A DNA stretch of 37,727 nucleotides from Candidatus Methylomirabilia bacterium (GTDB taxonomy: Bacteria > Methylomirabilota > Methylomirabilia > Rokubacteriales > CSP1-6): contig JBGQHJ010000031.1 of the NCBI GenBank assembly GCA_041497895.1, positions 1 through 37,727 of the forward strand, written 5' to 3'. Numbering within the stretch: the stretch's first letter is position 1; every line of letters starts with the position of its first letter. The position numbers and the translations under genes were made by a program. Below the pieces are notes generated by a model that had not been told where the DNA came from, searched no databases, and saw only the letters and a list, made by a program, of their open reading frames with translations. This document shows, piece after piece, positions 8,994 through 17,436 of the stretch.

Positions 8994-9752
8994 TCAGACC
9001 CGGAACGTGTACGTCCGGCTCGGGTCGCGCTCGATGTCGGGGGGAAAACTTTTCCGCTTGTCCGCGTAGTAGCGAACCCGATGGTCCCCGGCCGAGCGGC
9101 GGTTGTAGGTGATGTAGAGGACGCGCCGGCGCTCGCTGGTCAGGTTGGGCCCCGACGCGTGGGGAGTGTAGGAGTCGAAGAAGACCACGTCCCCGGCCCG
9201 GGTCGGCACCGCCCGGGCGTCCATGCGGCGCATGTCCTCCGGGGTGAGCGGCTTCCACTCGTCGCCGATGAGGCCGCGGGTGTGGTGACCGGCGGCCAGC
9301 TCCAGGCAGCCGTTCTCCTCGGTGGTGGGATCGATGCTCACCATCGCGGTGATGAAGAGGTCCGCGTAGGTGCTCCAGCCGGCCTGCTGGTCCTGGTGGG
9401 GCTTGAACCCGTCCCCCCCGGGCAGCTTGAAGTTGATCTTGTCCTTGAACAGCACCGCGGGTTCGCCGAAGAGGCGGGACGCGAAACCGCACAGCTTGGC
9501 CCCGTCGCAGAGGGCCGCGAAGGCGGGATGGAAGGGACAGAAGTTCTCGATCCGCTGCAGCACCCGCTCACCCGGCTTGAGCAGGCTCGGCTCGAAGTAC
9601 ATCATGCAGTGCCCGGGCCGCTCCGGCAGCGCCTGCAGCTCGTCGGCCCACTCCGAGATGCGGCGCATCTCCGCCTCGTCGAAGAGGCCGGGGACCACCA
9701 CGAAGCCGTCCCGCCGGAACGCGTCGAGCGTCGCCGTCGTCGTGTTGCTCAT
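8994..9752 (-). CDS. PhyH-family Fe(II)/2-oxoglutarate dioxygenase
   Basis: FRRDGFVVVPGLF, KDKINFKLPGGDGFKPHQD (HxD), GDVVFFDSYTPHASGPN, RR. SD GGAGG. Confidence 0.88.
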   Translation of the reverse strand: MSNTTTATLDAFRRDGFVVVPGLFDEAEMRRISEWADELQALPERPGHCMMYFEPSLLKPGERVLQRIENFCPFHPAFAALCDGAKLCGFASRLFGEPAVLFKDKINFKLPGGDGFKPHQDQQAGWSTYADLFITAMVSIDPTTEENGCLELAAGHHTRGLIGDEWKPLTPEDMRRMDARAVPTRAGDVVFFDSYTPHASGPNLTSERRRVLYITYNRRSAGDHRVRYYADKRKSFPPDIERDPSRTYTFRV

Positions 9753-9819
9753 CGGGGCTCGCTCCTCCGATGGTTACTATATATGCCCCGCCCGGCCCTT
9801 CGAACTCGAATTCAGACCG

Positions 9820-10070
9820 TCAAGGGTCGGCGCTCCCGAGGTCGAGGCGCGCGCGGCGCTGGACCGGGAAGAAACGTACGTCCCAGCGGGACGTCACGAG
9901 CCCCCAGAGCCCGTGCGGATAGACGGGCATCACGCCCACCGCCAGCGAGCCGAGGAGGATCATGTACCACGCCCCGTGATCGGAGAGGCCCTCGCGCACG
10001 AGGAAGAAGAGGGCGGTGCCCACCAGCGGGCCCTCCACCGTCCCGAGGCCGCCGATCACCACGATAGCGC
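9820..10070 (-). pseudogene. C-terminal remnant of a branched-chain amino acid ABC permease (LivM-like)
   Basis: (A)IVVIGGLGTVEGPLVGTALFFLVRE...WYMILLG...PHGLWG matches the LivM C-terminal signature. There is no room for the N-terminal portion because the upstream gene ends at 10108. Confidence 0.75.
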
Positions 10071-10107
10071 TTCGCGGCTCGCGATCGCGGATCCTGCCGC
10101 GTCGGGT

Positions 10108-11094
10108 CTAGAACTGCACGGGGGCCGGCGGCATCTTGCCGGCCGCGTAGAGCGCGGGCAGCTCCGGCGAGGCGTTCTCCCACACCAGCAGCATGGAGCG
10201 CTTGGGCGAGAAGCCCCGGTGGCGGATGTCGGCGGGCATGGCGGCCACGTCGCCCGCCTTCATGGTGACCCGCGCCCGCACCGCGCCGGTGTCGCGGTCC
10301 TCCACCTCCCACTGGATCTCGTCGCTGAGCTGCACGAACCACTCCACGCGGTCGTTGCCGTGGATGATGGGCAGGATGTACTCCTCGGTGGTCGGGCAGT
10401 AGAGGCTGTTCTTGCACACCGACACCACCGACGGGTTCCAGGTCACGTCGGAGCGCGAGAGGTAGGCGAAGAGATTCACCGACACCACCTGGTCCTCGAA
10501 GCCCGGCTCCGCGTGGACCTCCGGGGCGTCCTGCGGCACGTCGGTGAAGTGCCGGTTGACCGGGAAACCGCTGTCGTCGGTGCGGACCGGCTCGTCGCCG
10601 GGCGCGCCGATCATGCGCTTGGCGGTGACCCGGTGGCGAGTGATCGCCCGCTTGTTGCTCCCGTTCTTGGGCCCGAAGGCGCTGCCGGTCTCCTCGGGAG
10701 AGGCGAAGGGGTCGAACGGGGCGTTGGTCCAGTCGAGCAGGATCGCCTCGAAGAGGCGGCTGATCGCGTCGGTCTTGAAGTTCTCCGAGTAGTCGAGCCC
10801 GGCCTGCCGGTACTGGGCGTTGAATCGGCCCGCGAAGAGGTCCACGGTGCCGTAGTGGTTCACGGTCCCGATCACGGTGTCGAAGTTGACGATGCCGTAG
10901 AAGAACCCCCACGCCACGTCACGCTGGATCGCGCGGAGGAACGCGTCCACCGCGAGCATGTGGGTGCCGTTGGGCCAGCGCACGTGGACGAAGTACTCGT
11001 CCCGGCCGAACGAGAACTTGCCCAGCGCGAAGTCCTTGTAGCCGTGCGCGTTGGGCTCGATGCTGCCGAGCTCGGGAACGGTGTCGGTGCTCAT
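10108..11094 (-). CDS. hapD: Hydroquinone 1,2-dioxygenase large subunit (type II, cupin; HapD/PnpC2/HqdB-like)
   Basis: RDEYF, AFLRAIQRDVAWGFFYG, NHYGTVDLFAG, ILPIIHGNDRVEWF, DIRHRG, SMLLVWENA. ATG 11094 with SD AAGGAGG, overlapping the upstream TGA. Confidence 0.88.
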   Translation of the reverse strand: MSTDTVPELGSIEPNAHGYKDFALGKFSFGRDEYFVHVRWPNGTHMLAVDAFLRAIQRDVAWGFFYGIVNFDTVIGTVNHYGTVDLFAGRFNAQYRQAGLDYSENFKTDAISRLFEAILLDWTNAPFDPFASPEETGSAFGPKNGSNKRAITRHRVTAKRMIGAPGDEPVRTDDSGFPVNRHFTDVPQDAPEVHAEPGFEDQVVSVNLFAYLSRSDVTWNPSVVSVCKNSLYCPTTEEYILPIIHGNDRVEWFVQLSDEIQWEVEDRDTGAVRARVTMKAGDVAAMPADIRHRGFSPKRSMLLVWENASPELPALYAAGKMPPAPVQF

Positions 11095-11615
11095 CGCGTC
11101 ACCTCCTTGGGCCGGGGCGCGGTCTGGCAGATCTCGGCCCACCGCTCCACCGTGTCGCGCCCGGCCAGGGTCTGGAGCAGGATCACGCTCGGGCTCCCGG
11201 CGTGGAACTGGTAGGCCGCGCCCGCGGGCAGGAGCGTCATGTGGCCGCGCCGGGCCCGGACGCGGCCCATCGTGCGCCCGGCGGGGGGGGCGGCGAGCGG
11301 GATCGATCCGCGGCCGCCCGCCGGCGCCAGCCGAGCGTCGTCCGGCCTGAGCAGGCGCACCTCGACCTCTCCGTCCATCACCAGGGCGAACTCGTCCTGG
11401 CACGCCACCCGCCAGCCGGAGGTGCCCTCGGCGCGGATGGCCTCGATCACGTACTCGATGTTCTTGCCGACCGCGACCTTCTCGTAGGGGCGGGCCTTCG
11501 AGGCGACCTCGAACACGTTCGAGAAGACGTAGTTCCGGGCGTCGTCCTTGATGACCTCGACACCGCCCTTCTCATAGTGCGCGAGCGAGCCGAAGCGGGT
11601 GTGGTGTGACGCCAT
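11091..11615 (-). CDS. hapC: Hydroquinone 1,2-dioxygenase small subunit (HapC/PnpC1/HqdA-like)
   Basis: FGSLAHYEKGGVE, NYVFSNVFEVA, PYEKVAVGKNIEYVIE, GHMTLLPAGAAYQF, TVERWAEIC. Confidence 0.87.
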   Translation of the reverse strand: MASHHTRFGSLAHYEKGGVEVIKDDARNYVFSNVFEVASKARPYEKVAVGKNIEYVIEAIRAEGTSGWRVACQDEFALVMDGEVEVRLLRPDDARLAPAGGRGSIPLAAPPAGRTMGRVRARRGHMTLLPAGAAYQFHAGSPSVILLQTLAGRDTVERWAEICQTAPRPKEVTR

Positions 11616-12089
11616 TGCCGGTCTCCTTTCGAGCGCGCTCCGCGCGCCGGCGCAGCCCGAGCTGCCGGCACAGCCGAGCGAGCTCCGCCTGCTCCGGGGC
11701 CGAGAGCGCGCGCATCTCGCGCACCACGTGCCGCACGTGGCGAGGGAAGATGCCGCCGATCAATCGGCGGCCCTTGTCGGTGAGTGTGACGATGACGAAC
11801 CGCCGGTCCCGCGGGCCCCGGGCGCGGCGTACCAGCCCGCGCCGGGCAAGGTTGCCGACCACGACCGTGATGTTGCCGCCGCTGCGGAGGAGCTTGCGGC
11901 CCAGGTCCCGCTGGCAGAGGGGCCGAGGTGCAGGAGCGCCTCCAGGGTGCCGAACTGGCCAAGCGTGAGGTGGGCGGCCCGCATCAGCGGATCGAGTCGC
12001 GCGGTCACCGAGTCGGCCGCGCGCATCAGCTTGATGTACGTGTCGAGCGCGGCCCGCTCCTGCGCGCTGCCCCGGTAGTGGGTGGGCAT
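11572..12089 (-). pseudogene. MarR-family (MhqR-like) repressor split by a 1-nt frameshift near 11919-11922 (real or assembly error)
   Basis: Frame A: MPTHYRG..QFGTLEALLHLGP. Frame B: LCQRDLGRKLLRSGGNITVVVGNLARRGLVRR..DRRFVIVTLTDKG. One extra G in the plus-strand G4 run joins them. Confidence 0.82.
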
Positions 12090-12137
12090 ACTTTGAACTT
12101 GAACCGTCTATTAGTACCCGCGCCGCGGCGTTGTCAA
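12090..12137 (-). promoter_or_regulatory. Promoter and probable autoregulatory operator of the marR-hapCD unit
   Basis: TTGACA (12132-12137), AT-rich TACTAATAG, then GGTTCAAGTTCAAAGT abutting ATG. No SD. Confidence 0.45.
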
Positions 12138-12154
12138 GGGCGTCGGGACACGGC

Positions 12155-13027
12155 CTAGCCCGGCTCGCCCACCACGAAGCGCCACGCGTCCGCGTCCCGG
12201 TGGCTCACGATGCGCCCCGCGGTCGGATGGTGGAAGTGGGTGCCGAGCACCGTGACGGGCCGGTCGGCGTAGCGCGCGCAGAACGCGCGTCGCGTCTCCC
12301 GGGCCTGGACGGGATCGGTGTCGAAGGCGCTCTGCCACGCGGGCTCCGCGACCTGGACCGGATGGTGCATGAGGTCTCCGGTGATCACCGCGTCGGCGCC
12401 GTCGGAGGCGAGGCGCACGCTCACGTGCCCGGGGGTGTGCCCGGGAGTCGGCTCGAGCCAGATCCCGTCCGAGACCCGGTGGTCCATCTCCACCAGGTCG
12501 GCCAGGCCCGCGTCCAGCACCGGGGCCACGCTGTCGGCCAGGATGCGCTTCGTGCCGTCGTCCTCCTCGGACGTCCAGTGCTCCCACTCCCGCCGGGCGA
12601 ACAGGTAGCGGGCGCGGGGAAACGTCGGCACCCAGCGACCGTCGGCGAGCCGGGTGTTCCAGCCGACGTGATCGACGTGCAGGTGGGTACAGATCACCAC
12701 GTCGACGTTCTCCGGGTCCACCCCACCGGCGCGCAGCTCCTCGAGGAACGTGGTGTGGAGCATGTGGAACGGGCGCCGGCCACCCCGGTCCTTGTCGTTG
12801 CCGATGCAGGTGTCGACGAGGACGGTCAGGTCGGGCGCCTTCACCACGAAGGTGTGGACGCTCTGCCGCAGCCGCCCCTCCGCGTCGATGAAGTGGGGGG
12901 CGAGCCACGCGCGATGAGGCTCGAGCGCTTCGGGCGTCGCGGCCGGGAAGAGCCACGTCGGACGCGTCGGGCCGGCGGTCTCCACGACCGCCTCGACGCG
13001 CACGCGGCCCAGCACGAGGGTGTTCAT
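12155..13027 (-). CDS. MBL-fold metallo-hydrolase (lactonase/organophosphate-hydrolase-like)
   Basis: THLHVDHVGWN (HxHxDH), TPGHTPGH, TGDLMHHP, GTHF. TAGAAT lies 8 nt before ATG. Confidence 0.88.
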   Translation of the reverse strand: MNTLVLGRVRVEAVVETAGPTRPTWLFPAATPEALEPHRAWLAPHFIDAEGRLRQSVHTFVVKAPDLTVLVDTCIGNDKDRGGRRPFHMLHTTFLEELRAGGVDPENVDVVICTHLHVDHVGWNTRLADGRWVPTFPRARYLFARREWEHWTSEEDDGTKRILADSVAPVLDAGLADLVEMDHRVSDGIWLEPTPGHTPGHVSVRLASDGADAVITGDLMHHPVQVAEPAWQSAFDTDPVQARETRRAFCARYADRPVTVLGTHFHHPTAGRIVSHRDADAWRFVVGEPG

Positions 13028-13119
13028 GGCCGGGGATTCTACCCAAGGCCGCGATCCAGGGCCAGGGTCGGGGGGATCGTGTATGATCGGCCGCGATCAC
13101 CGCGAGGAGGCGGGACGAC

Positions 13120-13944
13120 ATGGGACAGCTCGACGGCAAGGTGGCGATCGTGACCGGCTCGGGCCGCGGCATCGGCCAGCAGGTGGCGCTGCGGCTCGCG
13201 CGCGACGGCGCGGCGGTGGTGGTGAACGACCTCGACGACGCGCCGACCCGGGAGACCATCGCGCTCATCGAGCGGGCCGGCGGCCGGGCGGTGGCGTGCA
13301 ACGGCGACGTGACCGCCAAGGACTTCGGCGACCGCATCGTCGACACCGCGGTCCGGCAGCTCGGCGGGCTCCACGTGATCGTGAACAACGCGGGCTACAC
13401 CTGGGACAACGTGATCCAGAAGATGACCGACGAGCAGTGGTACGCGATCATGGACGTCCACGTGACCGCCCCCTTCCGCATCCTCCGGTCGTTCGCCCCG
13501 TACCTCCGGTCGCAGTTCGAGGCGGAGGCCGCTCGGGGTGAGCGAATCGTTCGAAAGGTCGTACAGGTCTCCTCCACGTCCGGCGTGCGCGGGAACGCGG
13601 GCCAGGTCAACTACTCCTCCGCCAAGGCCGCGGTCACCGGCATGACCCGCACTCTCGCCAAGGAGTGGGGCCGCTACGCGGTCACCGTCAACTGCGTGGC
13701 CTTCGGCTACATCCAGACGCGCCTAACCAAGCCGCTCGCCGAGGGCGAGGCCGGGACGATCGACGTCGCCGGCCGCCAGCTGAGGGTCGGCGTGCAGGGC
13801 GCGCGCATCGCGGCCATGAACCAGATGATCCCGCTCGGCCGCGGCGGGCTGCCCGAGGAGGCGGCGGGCGCGATCTACCTCTTCTGCAGCCCGGACAGCG
13901 ACTTCGTCAGCGGCCAGACGCTCGTCGTCACCGGGGGCGCCTGA
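13120..13944 (+). CDS. SDR family oxidoreductase (FabG-like)
   Basis: TGSGRGIG, NNAG, NYSSAK (YxxxK). SD GAGGAGG. Confidence 0.92.
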   Translation: MGQLDGKVAIVTGSGRGIGQQVALRLARDGAAVVVNDLDDAPTRETIALIERAGGRAVACNGDVTAKDFGDRIVDTAVRQLGGLHVIVNNAGYTWDNVIQKMTDEQWYAIMDVHVTAPFRILRSFAPYLRSQFEAEAARGERIVRKVVQVSSTSGVRGNAGQVNYSSAKAAVTGMTRTLAKEWGRYAVTVNCVAFGYIQTRLTKPLAEGEAGTIDVAGRQLRVGVQGARIAAMNQMIPLGRGGLPEEAAGAIYLFCSPDSDFVSGQTLVVTGGA

Positions 13945-13960
13945 CCCGGGGGACCCCGCG

Positions 13961-15157
13961 GTGTCGGGGCCGCTCCACGGCGTCCGGGTGGTGGACTGCA
14001 CCACGGTGGTGCTGGGACCGTGGGCGGCCCAGCAGCTCGGCGATCTCGGCGCCGACGTGATCAAGGTCGAGCCGCCCGAGGGCGACACCACGCGCCAGCT
14101 CGGCCCGATGCGGAACCCCGCGATGGGCGCGTTCTACCTCGCGGTCAACCGCAACAAGCGGTCGATCGTGCTCGACCTCAAGCAGGAGGCGGCCCGCCGC
14201 GTGCTGCTCCGGCTCGCCGAGGGCGCCGACGTGCTGCTCCACAACTACCGGCCCCAGGCGGCGCGGCGGCTCGGCATGTCGTACGAGACGTTTCGCGCGG
14301 TCAATCCGGGCCTGGTCTACGTCGGCACCTACGGGTTCCGGGCCAGCGGCCCGTACGGCGACAAGCCGGCCTACGACGACATCATCCAGGCCGCCTCCGG
14401 CCTGGCCTCGCTCCAGGCCTCGATCGTGGGCGAGCCGCGCTACGTGCCGACGATCGTCGCCGACAAGTCGAGCTCGATGACGGTGCTGGCCGCGGTGCTC
14501 GCGGCGCTCTACCACAAGGCGCGCACCGGGGAGGGCCAGGAGGTCGAGGTGCCGATGTTCGAGAGCATGGCCGCCTGGGTCATGGTCGAGCACCTCTACG
14601 GCGAGACGTTCGCGCCGCCGGTGGACACCATCGGCTACAAGCGGATCCTCAACCCGAATCGACGGCCCTTCAAGACGCGGGACGGCTACCTCGCGATCCT
14701 CCCCTACACCGACCAGAACTGGCGCGACTTCTTCACCCTCGCGGGCCGGCACGACCTGCTCGACGACCCGCGCTACAAGACCCTCGCCACGCGGCTCCGC
14801 CACATCGAGGTACTGTACGAGGAGCTGGCCAAGATCGCCCTCACCCGGACGAACGCCGAGTGGCTGGCCGAGCTGGACCGACGCAACATCCCGGCGATGA
14901 GCGTCAACACGCTCGAGTCGCTGCTCCACGACCCGCACCTGGAGGCGGTGGGCTTCTGGCAGATGGTCGAGCACCCCACCGAGGGCCCCATGCGCCTGCC
15001 CGGTCTGCCCGCCACCTACGGCAAGACGCCGGGCGCCATCCGGCGCCTGCCGCCCCGGCTGGGAGAGCACAGCGTGGAGGTCCTCGCCGAGATCGGCCTC
15101 ACCGAGGACCAGATCACCGCTCTGCTCGACGCCGGCGCCACCCGGACGTCGGAGTAA
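13961..15157 (+). CDS. CoA-transferase family III (CaiB/BaiF)
   Basis: GPLHGVRVVD, LGDLGADVIKVEPPEGD, NRNKRSIVLDLK, PAYDDIIQA, PRLGEHS. Confidence 0.92.
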   Translation: MSGPLHGVRVVDCTTVVLGPWAAQQLGDLGADVIKVEPPEGDTTRQLGPMRNPAMGAFYLAVNRNKRSIVLDLKQEAARRVLLRLAEGADVLLHNYRPQAARRLGMSYETFRAVNPGLVYVGTYGFRASGPYGDKPAYDDIIQAASGLASLQASIVGEPRYVPTIVADKSSSMTVLAAVLAALYHKARTGEGQEVEVPMFESMAAWVMVEHLYGETFAPPVDTIGYKRILNPNRRPFKTRDGYLAILPYTDQNWRDFFTLAGRHDLLDDPRYKTLATRLRHIEVLYEELAKIALTRTNAEWLAELDRRNIPAMSVNTLESLLHDPHLEAVGFWQMVEHPTEGPMRLPGLPATYGKTPGAIRRLPPRLGEHSVEVLAEIGLTEDQITALLDAGATRTSE

Positions 15158-15363
15158 AGGGGGCGGGGCCGTTCTGGTCGCCATGGGCTGCGCCGCGGCC
15201 ACGCACGCAAGCCTTGCATCGCGTGGCCAGTGAGAAGTCCCCGACTTGAATCATGTTTTGAGGCGCGAGCCGCGCTCGGGATGCAACATTCGACGCGATC
15301 AGGATGTAGTTTTCCCAATGACGCGAATCAAGTACACTCCGGGTCGAGTATTTATGTCATTGA

Positions 15364-15376
15364 AATCAATAGTTTG
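15364..15376 (+). promoter_or_regulatory. IHF binding site
   Basis: AATCAAtagtTTG is an exact WATCAANNNNTTR match, with an AT-rich 5' flank, about 22 nt upstream of a sigma54 promoter. Confidence 0.7.
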
Positions 15377-15398
15377 CAGCAATGATCCGTCCCCGCCA

Positions 15399-15414
15399 TG
15401 GCACCTCGCTTGCA
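15399..15414 (+). promoter_or_regulatory. sigma54 (-24/-12) promoter
   Basis: TGGCAC-CTCGC-TTGCA, canonical spacing, 63 nt before the rfbC ATG. Confidence 0.8.
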
Positions 15415-15477
15415 CACTCGGGGCCCCGAGGCGAGCCCGATTGCTTCGGGTTCCCTCGCGAGGACACAGGAGAAGCG

Positions 15478-16029
15478 ATGCACTTTCAAGAATGTAGCGT
15501 TCTCGGGGCCTGGGTCATCGACCCGGCCCCGCACAAAGACGACCGGGGTCGGTTCATGCGCGCATGGTGTCTTCGCGAGTTCGGCGACCATGCGATCGAC
15601 TTCACCCCGGTCCAGGCCAACATGGGGTTCAGCGCCCGCCGGGGCACCATCCGGGGCCTGCACTACCAGGTGGCACCCGCCCTCGAGGCGAAGCTCGTTC
15701 GCTGTACCTCGGGCGCCATCTTCGACGTCGTCGTGGATCTTCGACCGGAGTCACCGACCTATCGGACCTGGTACGGCATCGACCTGACCGCCGAGAATGG
15801 CCGCATGCTCTATGTACCGGAAGGTTGCGCACATGGGTGCCAGGCGATGGAGGACAATACCGAGATCTACTACATGACCTCGGCGTTCTATGCCCCGGGG
15901 CAGGCCCGCGGAGTCCGATACGATGATCCCGCGTTCGGGGTGCGCTGGCCTTTACCCGCCTCTTCGGTTTCTGACCAGGACCGCGGCTGGCCCCTAGTTG
16001 ATCCGACCTACGAACGGAGACCCGCATGA
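15478..16029 (+). CDS. rfbC: dTDP-4-dehydrorhamnose 3,5-epimerase family protein
   Basis: DDRGRF, GTIRGLHYQ, KLVRCTSGAIFDVVVDLR, LYVPEGCAHG, DDPAFGVRWP. SD AGGAG; start moved to 15478. Confidence 0.88.
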   Translation: MHFQECSVLGAWVIDPAPHKDDRGRFMRAWCLREFGDHAIDFTPVQANMGFSARRGTIRGLHYQVAPALEAKLVRCTSGAIFDVVVDLRPESPTYRTWYGIDLTAENGRMLYVPEGCAHGCQAMEDNTEIYYMTSAFYAPGQARGVRYDDPAFGVRWPLPASSVSDQDRGWPLVDPTYERRPA

Positions 16030-17399
16030 GCCCCGACCCCAATTACCATCCCGCGCCGAACATGGCTATCTACAACGTCCTGCGGCTCCGCGAGGCCGAG
16101 AATCGACCGATCCGCGTCGGGGTCGTCGGAGCTGGTGCGACCGGCCGAGCGATCGCCCTTCAGCTCGGGACGCCGGTGCCGGGCATCCGGCTCGCCGGTA
16201 TCGCCAATCGGACGCCGCAGCACGCCGAGCGCGCCTTTCGAGAGGCCGGCATCGGCGAATGGGCGGCAGCGGATACGCCGGCCAGAGCAGAGGAGCGCAT
16301 CTCGCACGGGATCCCCGTGCTCACCGAAGACGCCACGGTCCTGACGCGCTGCAACGCGATCGACCTGATCGTCGAGGTGACCGGGACCGTCGACTTCGGG
16401 GCCGGTGTCGCACTCGACGGGTTCAAGCATCGCAAGCCGGTGGTGCTCGTGAACGCCGAGCTCGACTCGCTGATCGGCCCGATGCTCAAGGTCAAGGCCG
16501 ACGAAGCGGGCGTCGTGCTGACTCACACCGACGGCGACGAGCCGGGGGTCGCAATGACCCTGGTCCGCTACGTCCAGTCGGTCGGCCTCCGCCCGGTCGC
16601 GGCCGGGAACATCAAGGGCATGGTCGACTACTATCGGACTCCCGACACGCAGCGCAACTTCGCCGCCCAGCACGACCAGGACGTCCGCAAGGTGACGTCC
16701 TTCGCCGACGCGACCAAGCTGTCGATGGAAACCACGGTCCTGGCGAATGCCACCGGCTTCGGCGTCGCCCGGCGCGGCATGACCGGTCCCGCGTGCGGCT
16801 ACGTCCGCGATCTGGCCAAGCTGCTGCCCCCGGAAGCCATGCTCGCCGGCGGCATCGTCGACTACTCGGTGGGCGCGGCCCCTCATACCGGCGGGTTCGT
16901 CGTGGTTCACGAGGAGAACCCGTACAAGCGCACCCAGCTCGCCTACTACAAGCTCGGCGATGGCCCGTTCTACGTGTTCTACACACCGTTCCATCTCCCT
17001 CACATCCAGCTCCCGTCGACGATCGCCCGGGCCGTCATTCACGCCGACCCCACCGTGGCTCCGCTCGCCGGTCCCTCGTGCGAGGTCGTCACGGTCGCCA
17101 AGCGGGCCCTCCGGGCCGGCGAGCGCCTGGACGGGGTCGGTGGCTTCTGCGCCTACGGCCTGATCGACAACCGCGCGGCGGCCCGCGCGGTGAACGCGCT
17201 GCCGATTGCCCTGTCGGACGATTGCGTGTTGCTCCGCGACATCGCCAAGGACGCGGTCGTGTCCTTCGACGACGTGCAGCTGCCACCCACCCGTCTCAGC
17301 GACGCGCTCTGGCTCGAGCAGCAGCGGCGCTGGCCGGTCCCGACCGCCGCCGCATCCCGCCCGATGCCCCGCGCCCCCCAGCTCTCCCCCACCGCGTGA
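16026..17399 (+). CDS. NAD(P)-dependent oxidoreductase, homoserine-dehydrogenase-like with C-terminal SAF domain
   Basis: GVVGAGATG Rossmann motif, NAELD, DGDEPG, DATKL, YKLGDGPFY, AKRALRAGERLDGVGG (SAF). ATGA overlap with rfbC. Confidence 0.82.
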   Translation: MSPDPNYHPAPNMAIYNVLRLREAENRPIRVGVVGAGATGRAIALQLGTPVPGIRLAGIANRTPQHAERAFREAGIGEWAAADTPARAEERISHGIPVLTEDATVLTRCNAIDLIVEVTGTVDFGAGVALDGFKHRKPVVLVNAELDSLIGPMLKVKADEAGVVLTHTDGDEPGVAMTLVRYVQSVGLRPVAAGNIKGMVDYYRTPDTQRNFAAQHDQDVRKVTSFADATKLSMETTVLANATGFGVARRGMTGPACGYVRDLAKLLPPEAMLAGGIVDYSVGAAPHTGGFVVVHEENPYKRTQLAYYKLGDGPFYVFYTPFHLPHIQLPSTIARAVIHADPTVAPLAGPSCEVVTVAKRALRAGERLDGVGGFCAYGLIDNRAAARAVNALPIALSDDCVLLRDIAKDAVVSFDDVQLPPTRLSDALWLEQQRRWPVPTAAASRPMPRAPQLSPTA

Positions 17400-17436
17400 G
17401 CGTCGGAACGATCCCATGACCAGGAGACCCTGACCC

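Noticed and set aside
11905..11930. Programmed ribosomal frameshift in marR
   Set aside because: No recognisable slippery heptamer or stimulatory element; an indel or sequencing error is simpler.
15197..15228. Hairpin GGCCACGC...GCGTGGCC (and palindrome CTCGGGGCCCCGAG at 15417-15430) as ncRNA or terminator
   Set aside because: Short GC stems are common at this GC content; there is no U-tract or known motif.
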